In this document: in pieces, positions 33,599-44,803 of the stretch
Numbering within the stretch: the stretch's first letter is position 1
How the letters are laid out: each line of letters opens with the position of its first letter
Source of the DNA: Phoronis australis
Lineage: Eukaryota > Animalia > Phoronida
Direction of reading: 5' to 3'
Assembly: GCA_002633005.1 (NCBI GenBank)
Contig: NMRA01000169.1
Location: 1 to 44,803, forward strand
DNA length: 44,803 bases
The notes under the pieces: generated by a model
Database searches by the model: none
What the model saw: only the letters and a program-made list of their open reading frames with translations
What the model was told of the DNA's origin: nothing
Made by a program: the position numbers and the translations under genes

Positions 33599-36440
33599 TC
33601 ATTCAGTTGGTGCAATTTATTGAGAGACGTAGTTCTAATTGACCACAAAAATCATATTACGACAAGGTACACCGAGCTGCACCCACGTTTTTCGTAAATA
33701 TCATCCAAAATCAATACCCATAAAATGTTAGTTCTATATCCTTGTATCCTGCAGCCATGCATTGACGACCACAGCCATCAATGAATTAGGCCCGGCCTAA
33801 AGATATTACACCTCACCGTGATGTGCTATCTTGATAATCTGAAGAGAATGCTATTTGCAGGGACCGTTTCTCCCACTGATGTTGGATAATTGTGTTTGTG
33901 CCATCTGGCTACCCTTGGAAGGGAGAGATGTTACCATCTCAGGGGTGTGGGGTGGGAAATTCTACCAATTCCATGGCGAAGAGTTATGATTTTGTTACTG
34001 CTGCCTGAAGGAGATCCCCTACTTCTTGACGACAAAAGAAGCCTAAGTATCGAAGCGACAGGCCCACGTCCATCCAAGCTCAAGTAACATGCCAATGGGA
34101 TGTTTAAAATATGCAATCGTGTTTACCTCGTAGATCTGCCCACAAACTTTTCCTGTCATATTTATTCTCCAGTTCTTCGTATATTTTATTCAGCAACACC
34201 TGTATAAGTATAGTGACATTGTACTGGAATTGTGCACAAGAAAAATAAAATTATCATTCAAATGTTCTTCCAAACTGGACAATCATCGATGATCTCATTT
34301 GCTTGTTTGGGGACTCACCAGCACTGAAACACAATCTAGTGACGCGTCACTATTTGTTCGAGAAAGTGACACCAACAATGGTTCAGTCACAAATTGTATA
34401 TGTCATATTACACTAATCTGAAAATGCACATAACACTTCGGACTCGGAGTAGTTTTGTATTTCGATGAGCAAAAGTATGCGGAACATCGGTTATTGCAGT
34501 AGATGTACCGAAAACATCCCCGTATACTTTGTTTGGGTTTCCTGCGCAGGCATGCAAAATTGGACTTCAAAGCATGTACGAACTTGTATTGTTAAAAGAA
34601 TATAAATTAAAATATTAATGAGCTGGGAGCGGCGATAAATTCACCAAACCCGTGTCCCTAACGTCACGTTTCACAGCACGACAGAAATGTTTATCCGCTG
34701 CTCCACAACCTCAACTACCGCGCCGGTCGGGTTGAAACTACATGTAGTAGACTAACATGTCTCTGCCACATTAGTAGATGTTCAGGGTAGTGAATTTTTG
34801 GGGTTGTGAATATTCTGAGTATTTAACCTTCGGGGCAGTGAACCCTCGTAGCAGTGATCCAACTAAGAAGGGAGGTGTGGTTGATCGACAGAAGGCAGAG
34901 ACACATACCGCGTCATGTAGACCGTACGGACACTTCAAGAGAACACCATATTTTCTGATCTCGTCGCCGTCAGCTGCTATTCGTTGAGGTCGAGCATTAT
35001 CGGTTTCTGATCTCGTGTATTCCTTGCAGTCAGTCGGCATAACAGCAGAGTGGGTTTTACAGGTCCCCACATATTTTGCCGTCAACATCCTGGAGTTTGT
35101 TTCACGTGTAAGTTCTAAATGAATCGCTCCACACTTGACAAGACCATCAATGCCAATTTTCAAAACACTTTCTGGGTGTCCTTTGTGACAATATTGTGAC
35201 GTGTTTACTCTTGAGCACGTGACTACAACGGTGGTGTTTTTACGTAACTGGTGTATCATCCCGAAACACCAACTTAAACTCAGTTACAACCCATCTTGGT
35301 TGCCTGATTGGAACCCCGTCCTTCTTTTGCGTCACGCTTGTCCCGCTGTGTATTATAATCTGTTTTGTTCTGTTTAATTATTATATTATGTGAAACCCAT
35401 CAATTAGTCTCACGTTATAGACCATAGTAAATTCGACACTAGGAAGCATAGAAAAAACTTTCGTGGCCACTTTTTGGGGCAAGATAATTTTGGTGTTTTT
35501 AAGGTCATTAAGTACCATAAAGTCTTTAAGAATCTAAATAGTTTCCAAGGTTTGACTTGCTCGTTTTCAAGAAATTTGACCTCAAATATCTGACTTCTTG
35601 CATAATTTGGCACAGAAAACCAATCTTCAAAATCCAACAAGACTAGACAAAAACTGAATGATAATTTGATTGGGATTTCTTCATTTGAAGTTACTGAACA
35701 AGAAAAGTGATATATATTATGATATTATGTAGAAAATTGCTCAAAAAAGAGAAAAATAAATATTTTAGAAGCGCCTCCTGTTGGCCAGAAAAATATTACT
35801 ATATTCTGATCTGCCGAAAAACAAATATTGTTAAACATTGGGACGGAACTTGATGAAGATTTCATATCACAATCTATATATGAAAAATATACATTTCCAA
35901 CACTTCTGCAACAAATTCACTGTCATACATGTAACTTTCATTAACTGTCAAAATTAATTATCATTATCCACATTGCTGTTCGCTGTCAACTGTCACAGGG
36001 AAGGATACACCCAATAGTAACACACTCACCAGCATGATTAAATGTTGTCATTATTTTCCAACTAAACGTGAAAGTGTATTCTTGAGAACTTTTTTGAAAT
36101 TGACTTTTGAACATTTGTAGATGGGTTTAATGCAAAGTTCCCGTTGCCCCCAGAAAGTGGCCACGGAGGTGAAAGATAGGAGAGCTGGGACTATGGCCTA
36201 TTATTGTCAATATCGCTTTCGTATTTTGTTATTTGTTATACCTGTAATTGCTCCGCACGGTATTGTACTTACAATCTTGAGTCGTTATGCAATATCTGTA
36301 CATGTAGGTGAATCTGGTTGTGAAAGAACTGGTATTAGATTACTACTTTCAGAGCAACATATGGGGTTCAGGTTTTGTGCCTAGTTGATTTCTATTTTGA
36401 CCTCTCCTTCGCATTGACAAGATTTGATATTCCGTGCTGT

Positions 36441-36467
36441 GGTGATGTTGAATCAAATCCTGGTCCT
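36441..36467 (+). other. 2A-like (StopGo) ribosomal-skip motif
   Basis: ggt gat gtt gaa tca aat cct ggt cct = GDVESNPGP, an exact match to D(V/I)ExNPGP. Confidence 0.85.
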
Positions 36468-37988
36468 TTGGTACCCAACTTTGCACGATTCCGTATCTTA
36501 AAAAAATCCATAACAATAATTATATAATAGTCGCTTTTCGTTATCCAGGCTATTTGCTGTCTGATCAAATTAAATCTGAATGTGTGACTCCTTAATACTC
36601 TATAGCGTTTCACATTAATGAAGGCCAAGGTGTGCTTATTTGTATGCACAATTTCATTGGTTTTGAAATATTACATGATAAAAATAATCATATATTATGT
36701 AATTTCTGGGTTAAACTTAAAGTTAATCAAAGGCCATTCTTGTATGGCATTTTCTGTAAGTCACGGTCTCAGACCTCTGAGGAAAGGAAACAGCATACAG
36801 CATGTTTCATTTATCACAGAAATTTTCAGATATTTTGCATAATTATGACGTTTCCATTTTGATACATGTAAATGGCGGCTTTAACGTCCGAAATTCATCT
36901 TGGTTGAGTGGGAACATTGGCAATCGGGTATTGAGCTTTTTATATTTTATTATCCAATCAACTAAATCAACTAGTTAACCAGCCTACCCGCATGACTGCT
37001 TCTAGTAAGTCTTGTATTGACGCCTCTATTACTAATGATTTGAGTTCTATTCTCTACTCTAGGTTGTGCCCCCTATTGGTAACTCGGATCACCATGCTAT
37101 ATATACTAGTTTGAGTGATACTGCCCTCGGTGCCGATGAACCTGAAATTTATAAAATCGTGTGGAAATACGATAGTGTTGACCTTGGAAATAATTTCTGA
37201 TTTAGCAGAGGTTAATTGGGATGCAATATTCGATTTCTGTGACATGGACTACATTGAGGATTTGTTTAGTTCAATTGTATTTAATGTTATTAAAAGTGGA
37301 TTCCCTTCTGAAACAAAATTAACAAACCAAAAATGCCTTTACTTAATGATGATCATATGAAGCGTGAATTAAAAAAACTTCGACTGTGTAGAGCGTTTGA
37401 AATTCAAAAAAACCCGTCTTATATCGAAGATATGAAGACTAATCTGTTTTAATCGAAAATCTTATTTCAAGGGCAAAAGATGATCGTGGCAAAAGCCCAA
37501 TTCAAGCTGCTAGCAACAAACCGACGAATTCTAGGGAATATTAGAGACTCGGTAAGAATATTCTTGGTCAGTCCACTAAAGACACATTTGCTTTGTCTTA
37601 AACAGAATTATAGTGGCGATTATGCTTCTTCAAAATAAGATAAAGCAAATTTATTTTTTAATTATTTCACGAATAAAAACCTCATTGAGCTAATTTTGCC
37701 CTGTCAATTTATAATTTGGATAGCAGGTGTTTTCTGCCAGTAAATTCAATACAAGCCACTGCAGATGAGGTCAAAAACTTCTTGAAAATATTGATATGTC
37801 AAAGGATGGCTTTCCAACAGATATAATGAGATACATGATCAAATTTCTTTGCAAATTCTGTAACTGCCCCAGGTACCACATTTGTAATGAGCTCTCCATT
37901 TATGTAATTTTCCATCAAGGTGCATGGAATTGCGGATTGATGACACTTATGCATAAAAAATTCAACAACAGAAGTGTCCAATTAGCTG

Positions 37989-38610
37989 CCCATTACTCTA
38001 CTCTATTCGCTCTCTCCCCATTATTCTACTCTAGTCACTCTCTCCCCATTACTCTACTCTATTCCCTCTCTCCCCATTACTCTACACTATTCCCTCTCTC
38101 CCATTACTCCATTGCCTCTCTCACCATTACTCTACTCCATTGCCTCTCTCACCATTACTCTACTCTAGTAACTGTCTCCCCATTACTCTACTCTAGTCCT
38201 TCTCTACCCATTACTCTACTCTATTCCCTCTCTCCCCATTGCTCTACACTATTCCCTCTCTCCCCATTATTCTACACTATTCTTTCTCTCCCATTACTCT
38301 ATTCCCTCTCTCCCCACTATTGTCTCTCTCCCCATTACTCTACTCTATTCCCTCTCNNNNNNNNNNNNNNNNNNNNNNNNNNNNNNNCTCCCCATTACAC
38401 CACTCTATTCCCTCTCTCACCATTACTCTACTCTAGTCCCTCTCTCCCTATTACTCTACTCTATTCCCTCTCTCCTCATTACTCTACTCTATTCCCTCTC
38501 TCCCCATTACTCTACTCTATTGCGTCTCGTCCCATTACTCTATTCTATTCCTTCTCTCCCCATAACTCTACTCTATTCCCTCTCTCCCCATTACTCTATT
38601 CAATTCCCTT
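37989..38610. repeat. CT-rich ~28-bp minisatellite (CCCTCTCTCCCCATTACTCTACTCTATT)n within the LINE RT
   Basis: About 20 degenerate copies; contains the assembly gap. Confidence 0.95.
38357..38387. other. Assembly gap (31 N)
   Basis: Run of n. Confidence 1.
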
Positions 38611-39739
38611 CTTGAAAAAAATATATTTCCTTATATCTGACCACTTTATAACTCACAATTTACTATATTCTGCTCAATTTGGGTCTTTGCCATGCAATAG
38701 CACCACATCTCATTTGTTGGAAATTATTCACGGTCTCCTCTTAGAATGTCTTAAGGGATTTAATCTACGTGTTGTTACTCTGGATCTACCTTCTGCGTTT
38801 GATACGGCGTTACATGATCTTCTGTAATTAAAAATTTGTAAGTATGGCCTAAGTTGAAAAGTTTATAGTTTGCTTCAGTTGTAACTTCAAAATACAACTG
38901 ATAGAGTTCGTGTGTATGGACGTCTTTCTGATGAAACGCCAATTGGGCACGTCAGTGCTGGTGTACCACAAAGCAATGTCTTGGGACGTTTTTTTTTCTA
39001 TTGTTTATTAATGACCTACCTCATGAGACATTTTTATACATGTATGCCTATGATAAGTCATTTTTTTCTTATCCAAAAGACAAATCCGAAGATGCAAGCC
39101 TTTTAAAAAGGACCTTGATTTACTGTTTGATTGGCCAAAAATAAAGTTAGTGTGCAATAAAGTTTACCCCATCTTACATGATGTCTTAAAACTGACTCTC
39201 TTATTCGGACAGGATAGTTATCTTCCAGGACTGTTGTTGGATAAAAAATATCAACGCTTACCTGTACACTTTACTTGGGTGTCCATAAGCTAACAAGGGC
39301 AACCTACCCAAGGTGTCTGAATTTACGTCAGGGTGTCCAGTTGGACACCCTGGATGCATGCTAGATGAAGGCCTGCACCCAGGGCTGCCGCCCAGGACGA
39401 AAGGCCATGCAATATTCAAAGTTTTGTCACTGCTATGCCTATCAGGATATGATAATTTTCAAGGCGTTCATAATTTAAAACGGTAGTGATTGATTTTGAA
39501 AGCAATCTCAATGAAGTTCTCTCTCAACCTTTGTGAACACATGTGTATTAGGTCAATGAAATTAAAAATGCCACAGTGACCTTAGCCAACACGTAACCCC
39601 TGGGTTGGTTGGTCGGTTACATGCGGCATTCGGGGCCATGTAATCGCCTATAGTGACTTTCAGAACGTGACTTATACCTGGAGATAGCCCACCTACACCT
39701 TTGTGCAAAAATACACACCAGTGCATGCGCAAAAGTTTT

Positions 39740-39940
39740 CCAAGTAAAATCTTGACTTTCTAAATGTGACCTTGAATTCAAAGTCAAGGCTATCAAAATC
39801 GCCTGGGGATACCTCATCTAAACTTCACCCCAAAACACAAGCAATACTGAAGGCTTCCTTCTTGAGATATCATGCGACACAGGTATGGACAGACGGTCAT
39901 GAATACTAGGTTCCACGCTTTGCGCTAACGTGAGGCAAAG
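39740..39940. mobile_element. Short HINE/Helentron-like repeat end
   Basis: tgaccttgaattcaaagtcaagg..ttcttgagatatc..ggacagacgg followed by an imperfect hairpin; same style of end as 19690-19766. Confidence 0.4.
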
Positions 39941-40026
39941 GGCAACAAAACATGTAAGTGATCATAATTATGTTATAAAGACTTCACTTATTGATAAAAG
40001 AAGGAAACATCGCATGGATGAAAATG

Positions 40027-40063
40027 CACACACACGAGCACGCAAGCACACGCACACGCACAC
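40027..40063. repeat. Imperfect (CA)/(CACG) microsatellite
   Basis: cacacacacgagcacgcaagcacacgcacacgcacac. Confidence 0.8.
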
Positions 40064-40149
40064 AGGACATGATGGAACACACTCGGACATTTTTAATTCG
40101 TTTGTCACAGTTCTTGGTTATTTTAATCATCTCCAGTACAAGAAACAAT

Positions 40150-40940
40150 CAAATTTAACTTTCTTGAAAGCATTGCAGGTGGTCTTTTTGCCAAAAGCTG
40201 AAGTGATGTAGTCACGGGGACATAACGGGACGTGTCATGGCCTCTTCGTTGCAGAAAGGGCCTTCCCAAGTCTTCAATTTTGTGTTTCCCCGTTTGTTTC
40301 TAGCAGAGTAAAAAATTATCACTCAGCTTAGCCCTCCTCACGAATGGTCACTTACAATTTAGTGTTAAACCGCTGTTGCATACTGAGCTCTGGCCACACC
40401 AGCAGCCAAAATGCATGTTTGGCGCAGCTAAATTAATTACCATGCATTACCAGCTTCATCATCTTGGACTGGCCTGATGTGACAAATGATAGCTAACAGA
40501 TTTCTGATAAACCGGTGCACAGGGAGAGTAGCAAAACTGCTTGTCAGAGTACATAAGAATCAGCTGATTGAAAATTTTTAAACACATCTACAACAAAATT
40601 AAGTCCATGTTACATGTGAGTCGGCAATTGGTTGCTGATATCTTGGTTAAAACAATACGCTTTCTGTTGTTGTTAACATTACAGAATGGTATAATGTGCC
40701 ATTATTCAAAGCCATAGAATGGGTACCTGCTATTGATGCAATGCAAAGCCTTCTTCAGCAAGGTCGGGTTTTTTATTGCATCGTGACCAGGTGATCCCTT
40801 CTCAATTCATTTGTTTTTACGGGCACCTTCTAGTAACTCGCTGCTATGGAAGTGGAAAGTGCTACCAGTTGTCACTGGAAGATTCCACTCATGCTTATAC
40901 GTCACGACTGGTGCAACGCACTGACTCAATTGCTCTGAAA
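40150..40940 (-). pseudogene. Decayed, intron-containing Kolobok transposase C-terminal remnant
   Basis: After acceptor ttttcag: *VSALH..KHEW..FH..KNK*IEKGSPGHDAIKNPTLLK. After acceptor gttgtag: IFNQLILMYSDKQFCYSP..PVY../RNLLA. Both match my recollection of Kolobok C-terminal motifs. Confidence 0.55.
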
Positions 40941-43157
40941 AACAACACATAACATTAATACAAACCAGCAATTTGGGTATGTCCAAACTAGCACTAGCAG
41001 GGTGAATAGACTTACATGTACAGCATGACTTCACAAGACTGCACAGTTAGCTTTGTAGTGAGTATCAAAACTAGGACAAACAGAGCACGTATTTATAGAC
41101 CGCCAGTCAACATATACAATCACAACACTAGTTAGTTTTGTATGGCTGCTAGAGTATTTTAAAAACTCTTAAAGACATATCAGACTAAAAAGGAAAGCCA
41201 ACCAAATACCATGAAACATCGACTTGAGTGGGTGTTCTAGTGACCAAAGTTGAACAATATTGTTTCAGCGACAGGATTCCCACCAACAATATTATTTTAA
41301 TTCAGTTTTAATTTTCAAACTTAGAAAGACCAAAAACTATATCATTGATTCTGAGTTATACTGGAAATCAAACTTCTTTTGATGTTTTCTGCTGTTACTA
41401 AAGAATAGTGTAAATACCCTTTAATTATGTGCTCAAGTATGCAATGATTTTCTTCATTGGATGATTTTCTAAAAATCCCAGTTTGCACCTGATGATCCTA
41501 ACATTAAAGCCATGAGTTTTTACTTGAACAACCCGGTGTTATTATGGGTTCCTGGATACTACACAGTCCACACGCATCTCAACTAACATGGTTCAGCAGC
41601 AAGATGGCGGACTACTCTGCTCAAGGAAAACCTCGTGATGTCAACTTTAGCTAGATTTATCTCATTTTTTCACCCTTTGTGCCACACATTAGTCCAGCTT
41701 TTGGAACGACTGGCTTCGAAACGGTATGTGATACCTATACGACGTAATTGACCTTGATGAAGGCTTTAGTACACGTTTTGGATTTTAACCTTGTATTACC
41801 CATTTCTATGGAATTGGAAGTTCAATACTTCGCTCTTAAAATATTCCGAGAACCAAGGGTACTATAGTCACTCCAATTTTCTTAAAAATGTTTTTCGAAT
41901 CTCCTCTGAAAATTACGGGACGGGAAATTGTATCAGTTATTCAATTCCAAATTGTCAGATATGTCGCCGAATTGAAGTGGGAGATGGAAATCAGCTTGGT
42001 CGGTTATTGGAAAATGTTCACTCTGTAATTTACCGCTGTACTCCCGATGTCAGACTCAGATAATTTCAATTCTGTGTCAACCGCAGATTTGTTGGTCCAA
42101 TCTCTTACTTAACGAAAATAAGTGTTTACCGTTTTCTTGTTCCTTCTCTGTTGACACGAAAAAACAATTATACCTTTGTATTGTGAATGTCCACTTGTTC
42201 AGGATATTTGGAGTTATTGGGGATAAATAAAACAACATTATTTATAAACATGGATTACAAATAAGTGCGATGTCTCTCTGCAGTTAAATATGTCTAGCGC
42301 CTTGTTTAAAGATCCAGCCTGTAGATTAATAGTTGTAAATTTCACTGTTTGCTCAGCTAAATTTCGTTTCTATAGGCAAAGAAAGCAAAAACGATAAGCA
42401 CAATTTACATGTACGGGTGGTTTGTGATTATCACAACCTGGAATATTATACATTATTATAACTTGGCGCCTCAGAGAGTCCAGGCAGTGTGGTTTTGATT
42501 TTCAGAAAATCAATTTAATTCTCTAATAAACACCATAGGCCCACTGTACAAAAGAACAGCATGTGACATACTTTAGAGTGCAGAAAGCTATCACGGTGTC
42601 GAAAAGCATAAGATGATATTTACATACATATTTTAGCAGCATCACTTAATCTAGTGAACTTGAAAAAAGACTCAAAATTCCAGTGGTACAATTCTCTTAT
42701 CCAGAACATGCTCGTATTCTACAAAATTGTGGCAGAAAGGAACACTCTGTTTGTCCTATCAAAATTCAAGTGCCTGCTTACTTCAATCATGAGGCCGTGG
42801 CCAGAGCAACAAAAACGTGCCATGGACATAATTTGTGCACGGGGTCTACTTAAACTTAAACATTTCTACAATTTGAATTACTTTTTAAATTGATTATAAA
42901 ATCAAAGTTTAGGATTACTGTCAACACTATGTCTCCATCCTCGCAAAAACAATCCCGTATTAGCTGTCTAAAAAATTAGCAAAAAAGTATTTTCACACAC
43001 AACCCCTTGAATAAACCAAACTCCTTGGAATCAATAATTTGACAATATAAGTCTAACTAATGTGGCCCAATTTCGGATCTAAGTCATACAAATTGTCGTA
43101 AGCTGCCCTTGAGTTACAGTGAGGCGGCATTTTGAGAAATTTGAACAAATACGTGAT

Positions 43158-43317
43158 CAGTGCTGTAGTGGTAAAATTAATGGTAAGTAGGCACCCTAAG
43201 CCCACGGTATCACCTTGAGCACTGAACGTAACTTGTGTATGATGCGTAGGCGCTACGTTCAAATGCCAAAAGGTGGTTGGCTGCGCCTACATGCGCCTAC
43301 GCCCCACTACAGCACTG
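43158..43317 (+). mobile_element. hAT-type MITE, copy 2
   Basis: TIRs cagtgctgtagtgg...ccactacagcactg; perfect 8-bp TSD TACGTGAT at 43150-43157 and 43318-43325. Confidence 0.93.
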
Positions 43318-44803
43318 TACGTGATCACGGCAACATAGTACCAGGAAGACATTATAAGGAAGCGGCAACAAGCTTAACCGACATTTTTGGTCTCCATCCT
43401 CAAACAAATTTCAAAAATACCTCCTCATAGAAGACAACTGAAGACAATTGGGGTCATCAGAAAGTAATTTTTTTCTATAGGAATATATCAATAAAATATC
43501 TTCTTGTCTATGAACAGTGGCATAATGGTACTTTGAAAAATGTCGACGTCAACGCAGGAAATCACAATTTCCCACAAACAGTCTCGGGTATTTTACGAGT
43601 GAGCAGTGAAGCATAGATAGCGCAGTATTCAACTAACGCCTCATTAGCATATTCTATTTGCATGTTCTTATTCACCTTTTTCGAGATTCTCGCCAGTTGG
43701 TAGGTTCAAATGGTGTCGATGCATCCAAAAGATCTCATTGTGACGGATTTTATCCGACTAGAAACGGGCTGTGGTTCACGTTGGTCTTGGCTCCGTTCAT
43801 GCAAACAATATTTGAAGTTCGAACAATTTTCCCGTGAGCACACTATTTTTTGGAGTCTTTCTTACTGACTCAAGAAGACATTTAAAGGCCTATGGTCCGA
43901 GTTATGGACGAAAAAACTTTTTTTCGCCGTTTAAGAGTGAAGTACGGCTCACAGCAGGCAAAAATGCCCAGAGGGGTGATAAACCCAATGTCACCGATTT
44001 GAAATATACTTTGCATTTTAGTTACCTTTGGGATGATAAACAAAACAGTAAAGTCCAATCTCATTTTATCTTGTTTAAGGGGGAGAAATCAGGGAGCCTC
44101 TATTTTGGGAGCATGCCATGCAATGAACTTGCCGAAAATGCCTTATTTCCACTGCACAATAAAAAAATATCGGCGCACAAGATCATTATTTGTTTGTAAT
44201 TTTTAAATACAACAAATCTTCGGCCTCACAAAGATGTTAAACAATACTCATTAACTCTGCAGCTAAGTTGAAAATTTCAGGCATAAAGTATAGAGGGGTC
44301 AGAGGTTAAGAAGGCATTGCAATTTCGCCACACTTTGAGCCCGTATATCTCAGCTGGCACAACACTGATCAACACCAGACTTTTTACACAAGACGTTTCT
44401 ATCATATTACTTGTAGCCGCGTCTGGCTACAGGGATAAATTAAAAGAAGCCGTTTGCATAACACACTTTATTATTTAGTTGCAAGGATGAAAAGTAGAAA
44501 CCGGAAAAGCGGTTATCTGCAATAAAGAAAAACACACACAGTCTGAGTATTCGGCAAGCAAGCGTAAATTAACAAGCACTATATCAGAGCGTTAGAAAGA
44601 CTCGCGCCAATGACTCTGTGACAGGCAAATACTACCTCGCTAACAATACATAATTAACTGGAACCCGTACTATCTATTCTACAACTGGGAACCATTACCG
44701 TACACAAACAACTGCCTAACTGCGACCCGTAACTATTTATTCTATGAACCTGGTACCGCGCAACATATACGCCAAACAAGCAGCTGAAGGAAACTATACG
44801 TTA

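Larger units (their letters stand above)
36384..39130 (+). mobile_element. Decayed CR1/L2-clade LINE ORF2 (2A motif, APE endonuclease, RT)
   Basis: GDVESNPGP; QLVNQPTRMTASSKSCID and PPIGNSDHHAI (APE); AQFG..STTSHLL, LDLPSAFDTALH, GVPQSNVLG and a YADD-like YAYD (RT); many stops and frameshifts. Confidence 0.88.

Noticed and set aside
37796-38827. 343-aa ORF
   Set aside because: Stop-poor minisatellite and an N gap bridge dead LINE RT fragments; not a real protein.
44656-44760. ~45-bp diverged direct duplication near the window end
   Set aside because: Two degenerate copies at the window edge; not interpretable.

Overview
AT-rich, intron-containing, transposon-dominated eukaryotic DNA, most consistent with a marine invertebrate bilaterian (inferred from the TE spectrum). 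There are no operons, CRISPR arrays or rRNA genes. Best-supported content: (1) a nested TE cluster at about 9.9-19.8 kb. A Helentron/HINE-like element with a ~145-bp monomer, ~450-bp higher-order array carries a CTCF-like motif per monomer. It is split by a Gmr1-type Gypsy LTR element (10612-15273, GTTGT TSD) and an ISL2EU-like DNA transposon (15454-18903, AT TSD). Within the Gypsy element, RT/RNase H and part of the 3' LTR are replaced by a Penelope fragment. (2) A candidate three-coding-exon host gene on the minus strand (33598 to 20195, ~608 aa, no domain I recognise). (3) A decayed CR1/L2-type LINE (about 36.4-39.1 kb) with a 2A/StopGo motif GDVESNPGP, split by a CT-rich minisatellite and an assembly gap. 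(4) Decayed Kolobok remnants, hAT-type MITEs, palindromes and minisatellites. (5) A strong excess of TACATGTA, which in some places behaves as a 6-bp insertion like a Tc1/mariner excision footprint. All assignments are by-eye motif recognition. I cannot demonstrate a new multi-gene system; the best leads are the TE-borne CTCF-like array, the footprint signature and the orphan gene.
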